Notes: generated by a model not told the origin, from the sequence alone. A stretch of DNA of 64,000 nucleotides from an uncultured Gemmatimonadales bacterium (GCA_963716255.1 OY970303.1:5696001-5760000); one strand, 5' to 3'. Shown: positions 18,966-28,721, counted from the first letter of the stretch. Numbers and translations: made by a program.

Positions 18966-19268
18966 GGGGTGGCGAGGTCTTCGTCCGCGGCGGCGCCTCC
19001 GGGAGGGATGCGGGCGCGGTGGGATCGGGGCCGGTCCGGCGGGTCCGGGGGGGATCGCGCACCAAGATATCCAGACGTTTCCGGGCTCGCCAGACCAGCG
19101 GGAGCAACGGCGTCGGCGGAGACCCAGGGGGCGTATGAGGGTGCCCGGAGAGACGCCTGCGGGGCGGGTAGATGGGGCTGTTGGACTGGAGAAGCGAGTC
19201 GCTTACAATACGACATTACGGCCCGTTTGCCGGCAACAACGCGGTGACCACCCGGTTCCGGAGGATGG

Positions 19269-20546
19269 ATGAAGCGACGAGAGGGAGGGCAGCGGCCCCG
19301 CGTCCCGCCCCTGCCGCCCGGACTCGTGCTGCACGGCGGGGACGGGGCGTGGGACGTGGTGCTGCGCGAGCTGCCCGACCCGGCGGCCCTGCCCGCCTGG
19401 GAAACGCTGCGCTTCCTGCGCCTGTGGCTCGCCGCGGAGCCGTCGCGGCGGGCCGACCTTTTCCGCGAGGGCGCGCAGGCACGGCGCGAGCTGGAGCTGG
19501 TCCACCAGACCTTCGACCTGGACCTGACGGGGCCGCTCTCGGTCCTGGCCGAGTTGCTGGCGGACGGGAGCACCGAGCCCGGGGAGGTGGTGTGGGCGTG
19601 CCTGTGCGTTGCGGAGTGGGCGAACCTCCGCGGCGCGCGCGAGACGGCAGGGTTGTTCGCGGAGACGGCCGCGCTGGCCGCGCCGGAGAAGCCGGGGTTG
19701 GCGTTCGTCGCCGGGCGGATGGCGCGGTCCCGCGGCGACGGCTTCAGGGCGGAGCGATGGCTCCGGCGGGCCGCATCGGTGGCGTGGCGGGTGGAGGAGT
19801 GGGAGGTGTATGCCCGCAGCGTGAACAGTCTGGGGAACCTACGCTGGGAGCAGGGATCATATTCGTCGGCGCGGAGGCTCCATGAGAAAGCGCTCCGTGC
19901 TGCACGGCGGAACCGACTTGGGGACGTGGAGGGAGAAATCCTCCACGACCTGTTCATTGTCAGCTTCACCACGCGCGACTTCAAGCGAGCCGAGGAGTTC
20001 TGCCAGGGTGCGTCGTCCTTTTACCTCAAAGGCAATTCCCGCCTACCTCAATTCGCCCACGACATCGCTTACTTCTGGATCACGCAGGGTTATTTTGCGC
20101 GTGCCTTGCCCGTCGTCCAGTTGCTCCTCTTGAAATTCCACCTGCCACACGAGCGGCTAAAAGTCCTCGCGTCGGCTGCGCGGGCCGCCGCAGCCTGCGG
20201 GAAGGATGAAGTTTATCAGCGGCTCCGGGTTGAAGCCGATACGCTGGTCTCCGACCTGGAGGACACGTCGACGCTCGCTGCTGCACTGGTAGAGATCGCA
20301 ATCGGGGCTTCCAGCTTAGGCGACTGGGAACATGCGACGTCTGCCGCCATTCACGCGCAAGCGGCTGCTCAAGAGCGCAGCGAAGCGGATGTCGTGTTCC
20401 GAGCCGAAGCGGTTCTCGCTGCCGTGCAGAGCCAGCGCAAGGCGGAAGTAGACGGCCGCTCGGGGGGCCGGCTCCCGAATGCCGGGGACGAGCTTGCAAC
20501 CGCCATCGTGCGTCGCTTGCGGGGTACGCCGGCAGATCCGGAATAG
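19269..20546 (+). CDS. Tetratricopeptide-repeat protein (candidate peptide receptor)
   Basis: Repeated TPR-like helices (SVNSLGNLRWEQGSYSSARRLHEKAL; FAHDIAYFWITQGYFARAL); no signal peptide; GGAGG RBS. Confidence 0.8.
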   Translation: MKRREGGQRPRVPPLPPGLVLHGGDGAWDVVLRELPDPAALPAWETLRFLRLWLAAEPSRRADLFREGAQARRELELVHQTFDLDLTGPLSVLAELLADGSTEPGEVVWACLCVAEWANLRGARETAGLFAETAALAAPEKPGLAFVAGRMARSRGDGFRAERWLRRAASVAWRVEEWEVYARSVNSLGNLRWEQGSYSSARRLHEKALRAARRNRLGDVEGEILHDLFIVSFTTRDFKRAEEFCQGASSFYLKGNSRLPQFAHDIAYFWITQGYFARALPVVQLLLLKFHLPHERLKVLASAARAAAACGKDEVYQRLRVEADTLVSDLEDTSTLAAALVEIAIGASSLGDWEHATSAAIHAQAAAQERSEADVVFRAEAVLAAVQSQRKAEVDGRSGGRLPNAGDELATAIVRRLRGTPADPE

Positions 20547-20575
20547 GCACGCCGTGAGTTCTGCAACAAACCAGT

Positions 20576-20782
20576 TCAATTTCCCGAGCCAAAGGTGTTC
20601 GTCCCCCGCGAACCCGTCGGTGCGGCGTCGCCGCTCCCGGAGCCTCCGGTCACGGCGATGCTGTCGGTCGAGGCTGCCGGCCGAGAAGCTGGCGTGGAGG
20701 GAACTGCGGTCGGCACACTTTCCCGGCAAGCCGATCCCAGGACGGTGAGCGCGAGCACAAGGGCGGTTCGGAGGTACTTCAT
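20576..20782 (-). CDS. 68-aa secreted/lipoprotein-type pro-peptide ending RGTNTFGSGN
   Basis: AGGAG RBS; MKYLRTALVLALTVLGSAC signal with Cys19; Ser/Thr/Pro/Gly linker. Confidence 0.75.
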   Translation of the reverse strand: MKYLRTALVLALTVLGSACRESVPTAVPSTPASRPAASTDSIAVTGGSGSGDAAPTGSRGTNTFGSGN

Positions 20783-20822
20783 CGGGCGCTCCTGAACAGA
20801 GAGGATGGCTGTTTCAGCTCGT

Positions 20823-20850
20823 ATAATGCCGCTCCCATAATCAGTGTCAA
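20823..20850 (-). promoter_or_regulatory. Sigma-70-type promoter for the peptide gene
   Basis: Minus strand reads TTGACA-N16-CATTAT; an overlapping TATAAT lies on the plus strand at 20822-20827. Confidence 0.55.
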
Positions 20851-20889
20851 CAGTCCCACCATCCAAAATACCCGCTCCCGATAGGCCAC

Positions 20890-21687
20890 ATGCGAAGGTA
20901 CGCCACCCGGCCGCTGTACGTGCAGAAGTCGCTGCCGCTCTATGAGCCGATGCTGGCGGAGCTGCGCGACCGCTTTCACCTGCGCGCGCTGGACGGCTGG
21001 GACGACGTGCTGCATGCCGTGCAGGCGGCGCCCGCGTCGGGGGTGTTTCTGGTGGACCCGTACGAGGCCGGGAGCGGCGCCCTCGCCCCGGGGCTGCGGA
21101 CGCTGCTCGCGACTCACCCATCCGCGACCATGGTCGCGGTGATGAGCCTGGGCCCGGACTGCGGGAGCGCCGTGCGGACGCTGCTGGGCTGGGGAGTGGC
21201 GGACGTCGTGGCGCTGGGGGTGGAGGACACGCCGGACGCGATGCGCGCGCGGCTGCTGGGCGCGCACGCCCGGCGGCTGAAGCGGATGCTGGAGTCGGCG
21301 CTGGCGCCCCTCCTCACCGTGGGCGGGCACACGCTGCTGCTCGCCGCGGCCGAGGCGGTCGCGGACGGGGGCGGGTCGGGCGAGCTGGCGCGCGTGCTCC
21401 ACGCGAACCCCCGGACGGTGGCAGCGACGTGCCGGAGGGAACGGCTCCCCAACCCACGGCGCCTGCTCGCCTGGGTGCGCCTGCTGCTGGCCGCCGCGCT
21501 GCTGGACGAGGGAGGGCGCACTGTGGCCCGGGTGGCGGGGGCGTGTGGCTACACCACCGACGGCGCGCTGCGGCGCGCGCTGCGCACCTTTCCCGGCCGC
21601 GGCGCCGCGGCCCTCCGGCGCGAGGGTGCCTTCGCCGTGGCGTCCCGTGTGTTCGCGGCGGAGCTGCGGATGGCGCGGTCCGGGTAG
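20890..21687 (+). CDS. AraC-type HTH regulator with degenerate receiver-like N-terminus
   Basis: ELARVLHANPRTV...RLLLAAALL...TVARVAGACGY...LRRAL AraC double HTH. Confidence 0.8.
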   Translation: MRRYATRPLYVQKSLPLYEPMLAELRDRFHLRALDGWDDVLHAVQAAPASGVFLVDPYEAGSGALAPGLRTLLATHPSATMVAVMSLGPDCGSAVRTLLGWGVADVVALGVEDTPDAMRARLLGAHARRLKRMLESALAPLLTVGGHTLLLAAAEAVADGGGSGELARVLHANPRTVAATCRRERLPNPRRLLAWVRLLLAAALLDEGGRTVARVAGACGYTTDGALRRALRTFPGRGAAALRREGAFAVASRVFAAELRMARSG

Positions 21688-21846
21688 CTGGCCCACTCGG
21701 CCGTCACCGCTGGCTGGACTCCCGGCGCCGCGAGCCGGCCGGAGCGCTTCCACCGGTCCGCCCCCGGCCTTTCTGCGCAGGTACTCCGCGAACCATCCGG
21801 GCACCTCGCTGCGCCCGGCTTCAGCCGGGGCGAGGCCGCCGCCGCC

Positions 21847-22587
21847 TCATCCCGGGAGGGGGTTCATCCGCCGGAACACCTCGTCCAGCTCCGCGCGCGA
21901 GGCGCGGCTGTTCGTCTCCGAGGTGCCGTAGGGGATCTCCAGCTCGCCGCGCCCCAGGCGCTCCATGACCGAGTCCGCGAACTCGTCCAGCGGCGCGCCG
22001 AAGGTGTGCAGCCCGGGGCCGCCCAGGTCGGTGTCGACGGCGGGAGGGATCACCTCGATCACCTCCACCGGCGTGCCCGCGAGCTGGTGGCGCAGCGACA
22101 GCGTGAAGGAGTGCAGCGCCGCCTTGGTCGCGCAGTACACCGGCGCCGAGGCCATGGGGACGAACGCCAGTCCCGAGGTGACGTTGACCACCGCGGCGCG
22201 CGGCTGCCGGAGCAGGTGGGGAAGGAAGAGCAGCGACAGGTGCACCGGCGCCTCGAAGTTGACCGCGGTCTCCCGCCGCGTCTCGCTCCACGCCTCCGGC
22301 TCGGCGAGGCGGAAGCGGCGCTGGATGCCGGCGTTGTTGACCAGCACGTCGAGGGCGGGGAACTCCCGCGCCGCCCACTCGAAGAGCGCCGCGCGCTCCG
22401 CCTCGTCCGCCACGTCGGCGACGCGGGTGTGCAGCGCGGGGTGCCTTTCCCGGGCCTCGCGCAGCCGGTCCGCGCGCCGCCCGCAGACGATCACCTCGCT
22501 CCCCGCGCGGAGGAAGCGCTCCGCCATGGCCAGCCCGATCCCCGTCGCGCCGCCGGTCACCAGCACCGTGTTTCCGCTCAGCTCCAT
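21847..22587 (-). CDS. SDR oxidoreductase (DltE-like)
   Basis: TGGATGIG, NNAGIQ and YCATK. Confidence 0.93.
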   Translation of the reverse strand: MELSGNTVLVTGGATGIGLAMAERFLRAGSEVIVCGRRADRLREARERHPALHTRVADVADEAERAALFEWAAREFPALDVLVNNAGIQRRFRLAEPEAWSETRRETAVNFEAPVHLSLLFLPHLLRQPRAAVVNVTSGLAFVPMASAPVYCATKAALHSFTLSLRHQLAGTPVEVIEVIPPAVDTDLGGPGLHTFGAPLDEFADSVMERLGRGELEIPYGTSETNSRASRAELDEVFRRMNPLPG

Positions 22588-22591
22588 GGTC

Positions 22592-23755
22592 TCACCCCGT
22601 TGTGGCTGCGGTCTCGTCCGCCGCGGCCCGGCGGAGCGTGACGGCGGTGACCTCCGGGAGCGTCCCGATGCGGAACGGGATCCCCCAGAAGTTGGTGCCC
22701 GGGTTGATGTAGAGGACGGAGCCGCCGGCGCGGTACGTCCCCATCGCCAGCTCCAGGAAGAGCGAGGCCGCGCTCCACCCCAGCCGCGGGGCGGCGAGCT
22801 GGCCGTAGTGCGTGTGGCCGCTCAGCGTCAGCGGCACCCCGCGCTCGGCCAGCGCCGGCCAGAGCGCCGGGTTGTGCGCCAGGGCGAGGACGAACTCCCC
22901 CGGCGGGACCGGGGCCAGCGTGCGGGCGAGGTCCGGCGCGGCCGAGGCCCCGCCGCCGCGCCCCACCTGGCCCCCGGCGGGGTCGCCGGTGCCCGCCACC
23001 CAGAAGCGCGCGCCGCCGCGCTCGCGCGCCACGGCGTCGTTCACCAGCACCGTCCACCCCATCGACTCCAGCCCGCGGCGCACCGCCGCCCACCCGGCGT
23101 ACACGTCGTGGTTGCCGGGGATGGCGAACACTCCCAGCGGCGCCGCCAGCCCGCCGAAGGCCGCCGCGAAGGGCTCCACGTCGCGCGCGTAGTCGTCCAC
23201 CTGGTCGCCGGTGACGGCGATCAGCTCCGGCCGGGCGTCGCGCACCGCCGCGGCGATGCGCGCCAGGTGCCGCCGCGAGGTGTGCGGCCCCACGTGCAGG
23301 TCGGAGAGCTGCACCACGCGCAGCCCGTCCAGCCCGTCCGGGAGCCCCGCGAGCGGCAGCTCCATGCGGCGCACGACGAGCCGGCGCGTGCCCGCGAACC
23401 CCCACGCCCCGAGCACCGCCAGCGTAGACGCGGCGGCCGCCATGGCGCCGCGGCCCGCCCGTCCGCCGGCCCCGAAGGGGAGCCCGGCGAGTGTCCCCAC
23501 CAGCCCCGCCATCGCCACCAGCGGCACCATGAGCTGCGCGTACCAGAACGGGCGGAACACCCACAGCCGGGTGGGCGCCGAGGGATACGCGCCGCCGCCG
23601 AAGGCCCGCGCGAGCACCGGCAGCGGGGCCACGGTGAGCGCCGCCGCCGCGAGCACCGCCGCCCAGCCGCCCGGGAGCACCGGCCGGAGCAGCCCGCCGA
23701 TGACGAGCCAGCAGGCGCCCGTCCAGAGCAGCAGGACCGTGACGACGCGCCGCAT
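22592..23755 (-). CDS. Membrane-anchored metallophosphoesterase (YkuE-like)
   Basis: N-terminal TM helices; SDLH, TGDQVD, GNHD and SGHTHYGQ. Confidence 0.9.
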   Translation of the reverse strand: MRRVVTVLLLWTGACWLVIGGLLRPVLPGGWAAVLAAAALTVAPLPVLARAFGGGAYPSAPTRLWVFRPFWYAQLMVPLVAMAGLVGTLAGLPFGAGGRAGRGAMAAAASTLAVLGAWGFAGTRRLVVRRMELPLAGLPDGLDGLRVVQLSDLHVGPHTSRRHLARIAAAVRDARPELIAVTGDQVDDYARDVEPFAAAFGGLAAPLGVFAIPGNHDVYAGWAAVRRGLESMGWTVLVNDAVARERGGARFWVAGTGDPAGGQVGRGGGASAAPDLARTLAPVPPGEFVLALAHNPALWPALAERGVPLTLSGHTHYGQLAAPRLGWSAASLFLELAMGTYRAGGSVLYINPGTNFWGIPFRIGTLPEVTAVTLRRAAADETAATTG

Positions 23756-23896
23756 CGAGGGCACGCCGGCTACCCGTTTCTGGAGTGCGGGGTGAGGCAG
23801 GCCATGGAGTCGTCCGTTCGGGGTTCCTGGTGCAGGGCGGGGGCGACGTATCAAGTCCCGGGCCGGTCGTGTGTTCTCCTGGGGCGGGGGGCGGTG

Positions 23897-24072
23897 GCGG
23901 GGCCGCTCCGGAGCCGGACGATACTGCCGTCCGTCTCCTGCGCGGGCTCCGGGAGCCACCGGAAACTGCCCCGGTGTCTCCCTTCGCCGGAGTGAGCCTC
24001 GCACGGCGCCTTTGAACTGCGGCGCCGGCGAGTCTCCCTCCGAACGGACTCGTGTGGGTACCGCGGAACTGC
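23897..24072 (+). repeat. Triple-hairpin repeat family B, copy 2
   Basis: Same frame as 12150 and 56576; third hairpin is extended. Confidence 0.85.
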
Positions 24073-24081
24073 GGACGGCAA

Positions 24082-24119
24082 AACGGCGCCCCGCCGGGAG
24101 ATCCCGGTGGGGCGCCGTT
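24082..24119 (-). terminator. Intrinsic terminator after the lipoprotein gene
   Basis: AACGGCGCCCC...GGGGCGCCGTT hairpin with an A-run on its left. Confidence 0.65.
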
Positions 24120-24147
24120 CCGTGCTTGGTGCTTCGTGTCGCCGACC

Positions 24148-24708
24148 TTACGCGCCCGTGTGGTTCTTGATCCGCTCGGCGATCAGGGCCTCCAGCCGGC
24201 CGGTGGTGGCGCAGTTCACCGAGGCGCCGCTGACGGCGCGGTTGACGGCCGAGGCGTTGACGCGGGTCTGCACCCGGGTGGCGCCGTTCTCCGCGGGGGC
24301 GAGGGTGGTGAGCAGCGACATCGTCACGCGGTAGCTGTCGGCCAGCGGGGAGCCGGTGGGGCCCTCGCCGCAGTTGACGAAGGTGGAGACCGGCTGGCCG
24401 GCCAGGACGCGGTTCACGTCCAGCCTGATGTTGCCGATCGTCTTCGCGTCCGGGATGCTGGTGCCCACCGCGATCCCCAGCCCCTGGTACACCGCCGGCA
24501 TCACCTGCCACACGCGGTCCGGCGCCGCGCTCACCCGGTGGGACGAGCCGCCCACGTCGCTGTACGAGTCGATGGTCGTCGTGGCGCTCCCTCCCACCCC
24601 GGAGCTGGAGATGCTGGTGGTGGAGCGGACCGTCTGCGTGGAGGACGGAGCGTTTCCGCTGCACCCCGCGAGCAGGGCGGCGGCGGAAAGGACGACGAAT
24701 CGCTTCAT
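24148..24708 (-). CDS. Hypothetical lipoprotein
   Basis: MKRFVVLSAAALLAGC lipobox. Confidence 0.8.
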   Translation of the reverse strand: MKRFVVLSAAALLAGCSGNAPSSTQTVRSTTSISSSGVGGSATTTIDSYSDVGGSSHRVSAAPDRVWQVMPAVYQGLGIAVGTSIPDAKTIGNIRLDVNRVLAGQPVSTFVNCGEGPTGSPLADSYRVTMSLLTTLAPAENGATRVQTRVNASAVNRAVSGASVNCATTGRLEALIAERIKNHTGA

Positions 24709-24940
24709 GGATGTTCTCCGGGGGGGTGAAGGTGGCCGGGAGCGCGCGCCTCCGCTCCCGCGGAGCCGAAACGGGCGGCGCCGGAGGCCCTAACATGACG
24801 ACCGGATGTCGTACCGCGCAACGAGCGCGGGGATCCCCCGGGCGTGTCCACTTCGGTTTTTGTTGGGTACGAATCGTGCTACAAGTGAGTGCGCCCGAGA
24901 GGGTTGCACTCGATCCGAAACCAGCGCGGGAAAGCATACC

Positions 24941-25165
24941 ATGACCGACAGGAACACGCAGGACCAGGCGGCGCAGGGAAACACCATCAAGGACCCGGAC
25001 GACTGGACCACCGGGGACGAGCCCATGACCGGGGCGCAGCGCTCCTACCTGAACACCCTGGCCGGGGAGGCGGGCGAGAAGGTGGGCGACGACCTCACCA
25101 AGGCTGCGGCCTCCAAGAAGATCGACGAGCTCCAGGAAAAGACCGGCCGCGGCTCGGACGGCTGA
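24941..25165 (+). CDS. DUF3072 family protein
   Basis: KDPDDWTTGDEPMTGAQRSYLNTL...LTKAAASKKIDEL. Confidence 0.9.
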   Translation: MTDRNTQDQAAQGNTIKDPDDWTTGDEPMTGAQRSYLNTLAGEAGEKVGDDLTKAAASKKIDELQEKTGRGSDG

Positions 25166-25209
25166 TCCCGTCCGGCGGGGCTGGAGGCGCGACACGAGCG
25201 ACACGAGGG

Positions 25210-25238
25210 CGGCCGGGGAACTCCCCGGCCGTCTTTTT
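25210..25238 (+). terminator. Intrinsic terminator
   Basis: CGGCCGGGGA-AC-TCCCCGGCCG followed by TCTTTTT. Confidence 0.75.
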
Positions 25239-25266
25239 CGTGGATGCCGAGGCCACGTCGGAGCCC

Positions 25267-25402
25267 CGCGTGAGGGATTCCGGCCCGGAGGGGCGAGACC
25301 GCGCGGCTGTTTGCGCGGGCTCGACTCCGTTGGGCTGCGTTGTTTGCAGCCCTACGGAGCCGAAGCCCGACCCCGGCGCCAGCCGGGGGCACGCCCGAAC
25401 CC
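25267..25402 (-). repeat. Structured repeat family A, copy 2
   Basis: Reverse-complement copy with stem GGGCTGC/GCAGCCC and loop AAACAAC. Confidence 0.9.
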
Positions 25403-25407
25403 GCCGT

Positions 25408-26160
25408 TCACAGCCGTGCCCCGGCCAGCACCCGGATGGCCGATCCCTCCGCCACGAACGCCGAGCGCGGCGCGCCGGAAAGCGGCTCCGCCCACTCCGG
25501 CCCGTAGAGCGACGCGGCGTCGCAGTCCATCCGCGCTTCGGCCACGCGCCAGGTGCGCCACGCCGGGTGCTCCACGCGGTACTCCGCCGCCCTGCCGCCG
25601 CGGCGGGCCGTGTAGCCCCAGTAATGCTCGGTGACGAACTCCTCCTCCGAGCCCGCCCGCGGCGTCTCCGGCGCCCCTTCCGTGGTCGCCTGCAGCGAGC
25701 TCCACCGCCCCCGCCGGCGCCAGCCGTATTCCACCCGGCCGCCCGGCCGCAGCGCCGCGCCGGACGCGTCCAGCTCCACGCGGTGGCGCATGGGCATGGC
25801 CACGTAGGGCTCCTCGTACACGACCCGCGCCACGGTCGCGATGGCCAGCCGCGGCACGATCTCCCGCACGAACACCACGCCCCGCCGCCACCCCTCCGGC
25901 CCGCGCCGCCGCACGTAGAAGCGCAGGTTCACCTCCTCGAAGTCGCGGTGCAGCGGGATGGGGACGCCCAGCACGCGGGTGTCCAGGAAGAGGAAGCCCA
26001 CCATGCTCGCCAGGGTGACGCCCTCCCACGCGTCCAGCTCCGTCCCCGGGGGCACCCGCGGGGCAAGGAGCGCCGGGTCCACCTCGTAGTTGAGCATCGC
26101 CAGCCAGCGCCACTCCGCCGTGAGGAAGGTGCGCGGCGGGCGCTCCGGGGTGCCGGGCAT
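25408..26160 (-). CDS. YqjF/DUF2071 family protein
   Basis: FLTAEWRWLAMLNYEVDP, FEEVNLRFYV and FVTEHYWGY. Confidence 0.9.
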   Translation of the reverse strand: MPGTPERPPRTFLTAEWRWLAMLNYEVDPALLAPRVPPGTELDAWEGVTLASMVGFLFLDTRVLGVPIPLHRDFEEVNLRFYVRRRGPEGWRRGVVFVREIVPRLAIATVARVVYEEPYVAMPMRHRVELDASGAALRPGGRVEYGWRRRGRWSSLQATTEGAPETPRAGSEEEFVTEHYWGYTARRGGRAAEYRVEHPAWRTWRVAEARMDCDAASLYGPEWAEPLSGAPRSAFVAEGSAIRVLAGARL

Positions 26161-26374
26161 GGTCGTCGTCTCGGCTGGGAAAGGGATGGGGGTCGGGCTC
26201 CGGGGCAAGTTCGTGCCGGGCGGCGGGCAAGGCAAGCCGGCCGCCGTGTGCCCCGTGGCCCACCCGCTCCGTCCGGCTCGCGTCGTGCCTGTCACGGGGC
26301 GGGGGGCGCTCGCGCGAGCGGCGAGAGCGTCCGCCCAGCTCAACACTTCGGGCCGCTCGCGTGCCTTGCAGGGG

Positions 26375-26929
26375 ATGGAAGCCGAATCCGATGCGGAGCT
26401 GGTAGCGGGCGTGCGCCGGGGGAGCCGCGTCGCCGCGGGCCGCCTGGCCGAACGATACCTGCGCGCGTGCAGGGCCGTGGCGCTCGCCGTCGTGGGCGAG
26501 GTCGCCGGGGCGGAGGACGTGTGCCAGGATGCGTTCGTGTACGCGATCGAGCACATCGACGACTGCCGCCACCCGGACCGCTTCGGCGCCTGGCTCTTCC
26601 AGATCACGCGCAGCCGGGCCCGCAACCACGTGCGCGACCACCGGTCGGACCGGCTGCTCGAGATCGACTCCGTGGCGCTGGCGGACGCCCTGCCGTCCCC
26701 CGCCGACGACGCCGAGCGGGCCCAGCTGCGCGAGCGGCTCCTGGCCGCGCTCGCCGAGCTTTCCGGGGAGCGGCGCGAGATCGTCCTGCTGCACGACCTG
26801 GAGGGGTGGACCCACCGGGAGATCGCGGAGCGGCTGGACCTTCCCGCGGGAACCGTCCGCTCGCACCTGCACCACGCGCGCAGGCGGCTCCGCGGCCTGC
26901 TCGGGAACCTGAAGGGAGAGGGAGAATGA
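26375..26929 (+). CDS. ECF RNA polymerase sigma factor
   Basis: AEDVCQDAF, FGAWLFQITRS and EIAERLDLPAGTVRSHLHHAR. Confidence 0.92.
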   Translation: MEAESDAELVAGVRRGSRVAAGRLAERYLRACRAVALAVVGEVAGAEDVCQDAFVYAIEHIDDCRHPDRFGAWLFQITRSRARNHVRDHRSDRLLEIDSVALADALPSPADDAERAQLRERLLAALAELSGERREIVLLHDLEGWTHREIAERLDLPAGTVRSHLHHARRRLRGLLGNLKGEGE

Positions 26930-27270
26930 GCGACGACCGGATCGACCTTTCCGCGCTGGAGCCGGGGCGGGACGGCGGGCGCTGGGACGCGGCGGTGCAG
27001 CGGACGCTCCGGCGGGTGGAGGTCGCCCTGCTCGACCGCGCGCCGGCCGATCCGTTCGCCTTCATCGCGCAGTGGCGCCGCCCGGTGCTCGCGGCCGTGG
27101 CGGCCGTGGTCGTGGTGGTGGTCCCGGTGGAGTGGGCGCTGGAGCGCCGGGAAGCGGGCGCGGAGCGGGTCCGCCGCCTGGCCCGCCTTTCCGGCGAGGC
27201 GGTCCGCGGCGAGCAGGGCCCCACCGGCGCGGAGCTCCTGGGGGCCGTGTCCCCGTGGAGGCTCCGCTGA
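26926..27270 (+). CDS. Single-TM protein, putative anti-sigma factor
   Basis: ATG overlaps the sigma stop; one TM helix (VLAAVAAVVVVVVPV). Confidence 0.65.
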   Translation: MSDDRIDLSALEPGRDGGRWDAAVQRTLRRVEVALLDRAPADPFAFIAQWRRPVLAAVAAVVVVVVPVEWALERREAGAERVRRLARLSGEAVRGEQGPTGAELLGAVSPWRLR

Positions 27271-27644
27271 TGCGGCGGCCCCGGGCGGTCGCCGCGCTCC
27301 TCCTCGCCCTCGCCTTCGCCTCTGGCGGCCTGGCCGGGATGGCGCTGGAGGAGGCGGCGGGGCTGGACTGGTTCGACTTCCTGGACGAGGACGTGCGCCG
27401 CGACGGCCGCCTCCTGGACGGGATGGGCCTGTCCGGGGCGCAGCGGGAGCAGGTGGAGCGCATCCTGGACCGCCAGGAGGACCGGCTCGAAGAGTACTGG
27501 GCCGCGCGCCTCCCCGAGATGCAGGCCGTCGCGGCCGCGTCGCACGACGAGATCCGCGCGGTGCTCACACCCCGGCAGCGGACGGTGTTCGACCGGCGCG
27601 TCCGGGCGCAGGAGGCGCGCGCGGTGGAGGAGCCCGGGGACTGA
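27270..27644 (+). CDS. Spy/CpxP-like periplasmic protein
   Basis: N-terminal hydrophobic segment; MGLSGAQREQV and VLTPRQR LTxxQ motifs. Confidence 0.7.
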   Translation: MRRPRAVAALLLALAFASGGLAGMALEEAAGLDWFDFLDEDVRRDGRLLDGMGLSGAQREQVERILDRQEDRLEEYWAARLPEMQAVAAASHDEIRAVLTPRQRTVFDRRVRAQEARAVEEPGD

Positions 27645-27694
27645 CCGGGCGGCCGGAGCGCCGGTCGCCACGGAAACGGAAACAAGGAGTCGAG

Positions 27695-28702
27695 ATGGGT
27701 GACGAAGCTGGACTGTTGCGCCTGGGAGCCGGCGTATTCGCCGCGATCATCGGGATCGGCGCGGTCGCCTGGGGAACCGGGACGCGAGGCGGTGAGGCGA
27801 AGGACGGGGACAGGCACGGGAGCCGCTCGGTCGCGCAGGCGGTGGCGGGGCCCGCCGCCGGGAAAGCGGACGATCCGCCCCGGGACGGCGGGGACGAGCG
27901 CGCCTGCCGGGTGGAGGGCCCGCCCACGCTCCTCCCGGACGCGGTGCACGAGGCGAGCGGGCTGGCGCTCGGCCGCCGCGGCCCCGGCGTGCTCTGGACC
28001 CACGGGGACAGCGGGGAGCCGCGCCTTCTCGCCGTGTCGCTGGACGGCACGGTCCTGGGGACCGTGCGCGTCGCCGGGGCGGCCGCCGGGGACTGGGAGG
28101 ACATCTCCGCCGGCCCGTGCGCCGCGGGAGCGTGCCTGTACGTGGGCGACATCGGCGACAACGACGCGTCGCGTCCGCGGATCACCGTCTACCGGCTGCC
28201 GGAGCCCGCGCCCGGCGACGGCACGAGCGCCCCGGCGGAGGCGCTCCACGCCACGTACCCGGACGGGCCGCACGACGCCGAGGCGCTGTTCGTGGACGCT
28301 GGCGGGCGGATCTACGTGGTGACCAAGGGGGAGTCCGGGCCCGTCGCGGTCTACCGCTACCCGGACTCGCCCCGGCCGGGCGCGGTGTCCCGCCTGGAGC
28401 GGGTCGCGGAGCTGAGCGCCGGCAAGGTGGGGCGGAACGGGCGGATCACGGGCGCCGACGTCTCGGCCGACGGGCGCTGGGTGGCGCTGCGGACCCTGCG
28501 GACGGTGTCGTTCCACCCCTTCGAAGCCGTGACCGGCGGCGGTGGTGGCGGCGAGCCGGCGCGCTTCGACCTGAGCGCCGCGGACGAGGCGCAGGGCGAG
28601 GGCATCGCTCTGGGCGCGGGCGGCGTGGTCTACCTGGCGAGCGAGGGCGGCAAGAAGAAGAACCCGGCCACCCTGGTCCGGGTCACGTGTCCGGTTCCGT
28701 GA
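27695..28702 (+). CDS. Secreted beta-propeller protein (SdiA-regulated/phytase-like)
   Basis: EASGL, WTHGDSG, DWEDI, YVGDIGDN, DAEAL, ITGADVS and QGEGI. Confidence 0.75.
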   Translation: MGDEAGLLRLGAGVFAAIIGIGAVAWGTGTRGGEAKDGDRHGSRSVAQAVAGPAAGKADDPPRDGGDERACRVEGPPTLLPDAVHEASGLALGRRGPGVLWTHGDSGEPRLLAVSLDGTVLGTVRVAGAAAGDWEDISAGPCAAGACLYVGDIGDNDASRPRITVYRLPEPAPGDGTSAPAEALHATYPDGPHDAEALFVDAGGRIYVVTKGESGPVAVYRYPDSPRPGAVSRLERVAELSAGKVGRNGRITGADVSADGRWVALRTLRTVSFHPFEAVTGGGGGGEPARFDLSAADEAQGEGIALGAGGVVYLASEGGKKKNPATLVRVTCPVP

Positions 28703-28721
28703 AGCAGACGGGCGAAAGGCG

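Noticed and set aside
25045..25392. Recurrent small ORFs such as MPPAGAGVGLRLR... and MRDFGPKGRD...
   Set aside because: They are translations of repeat family A; variation preserves base pairing, not codons.
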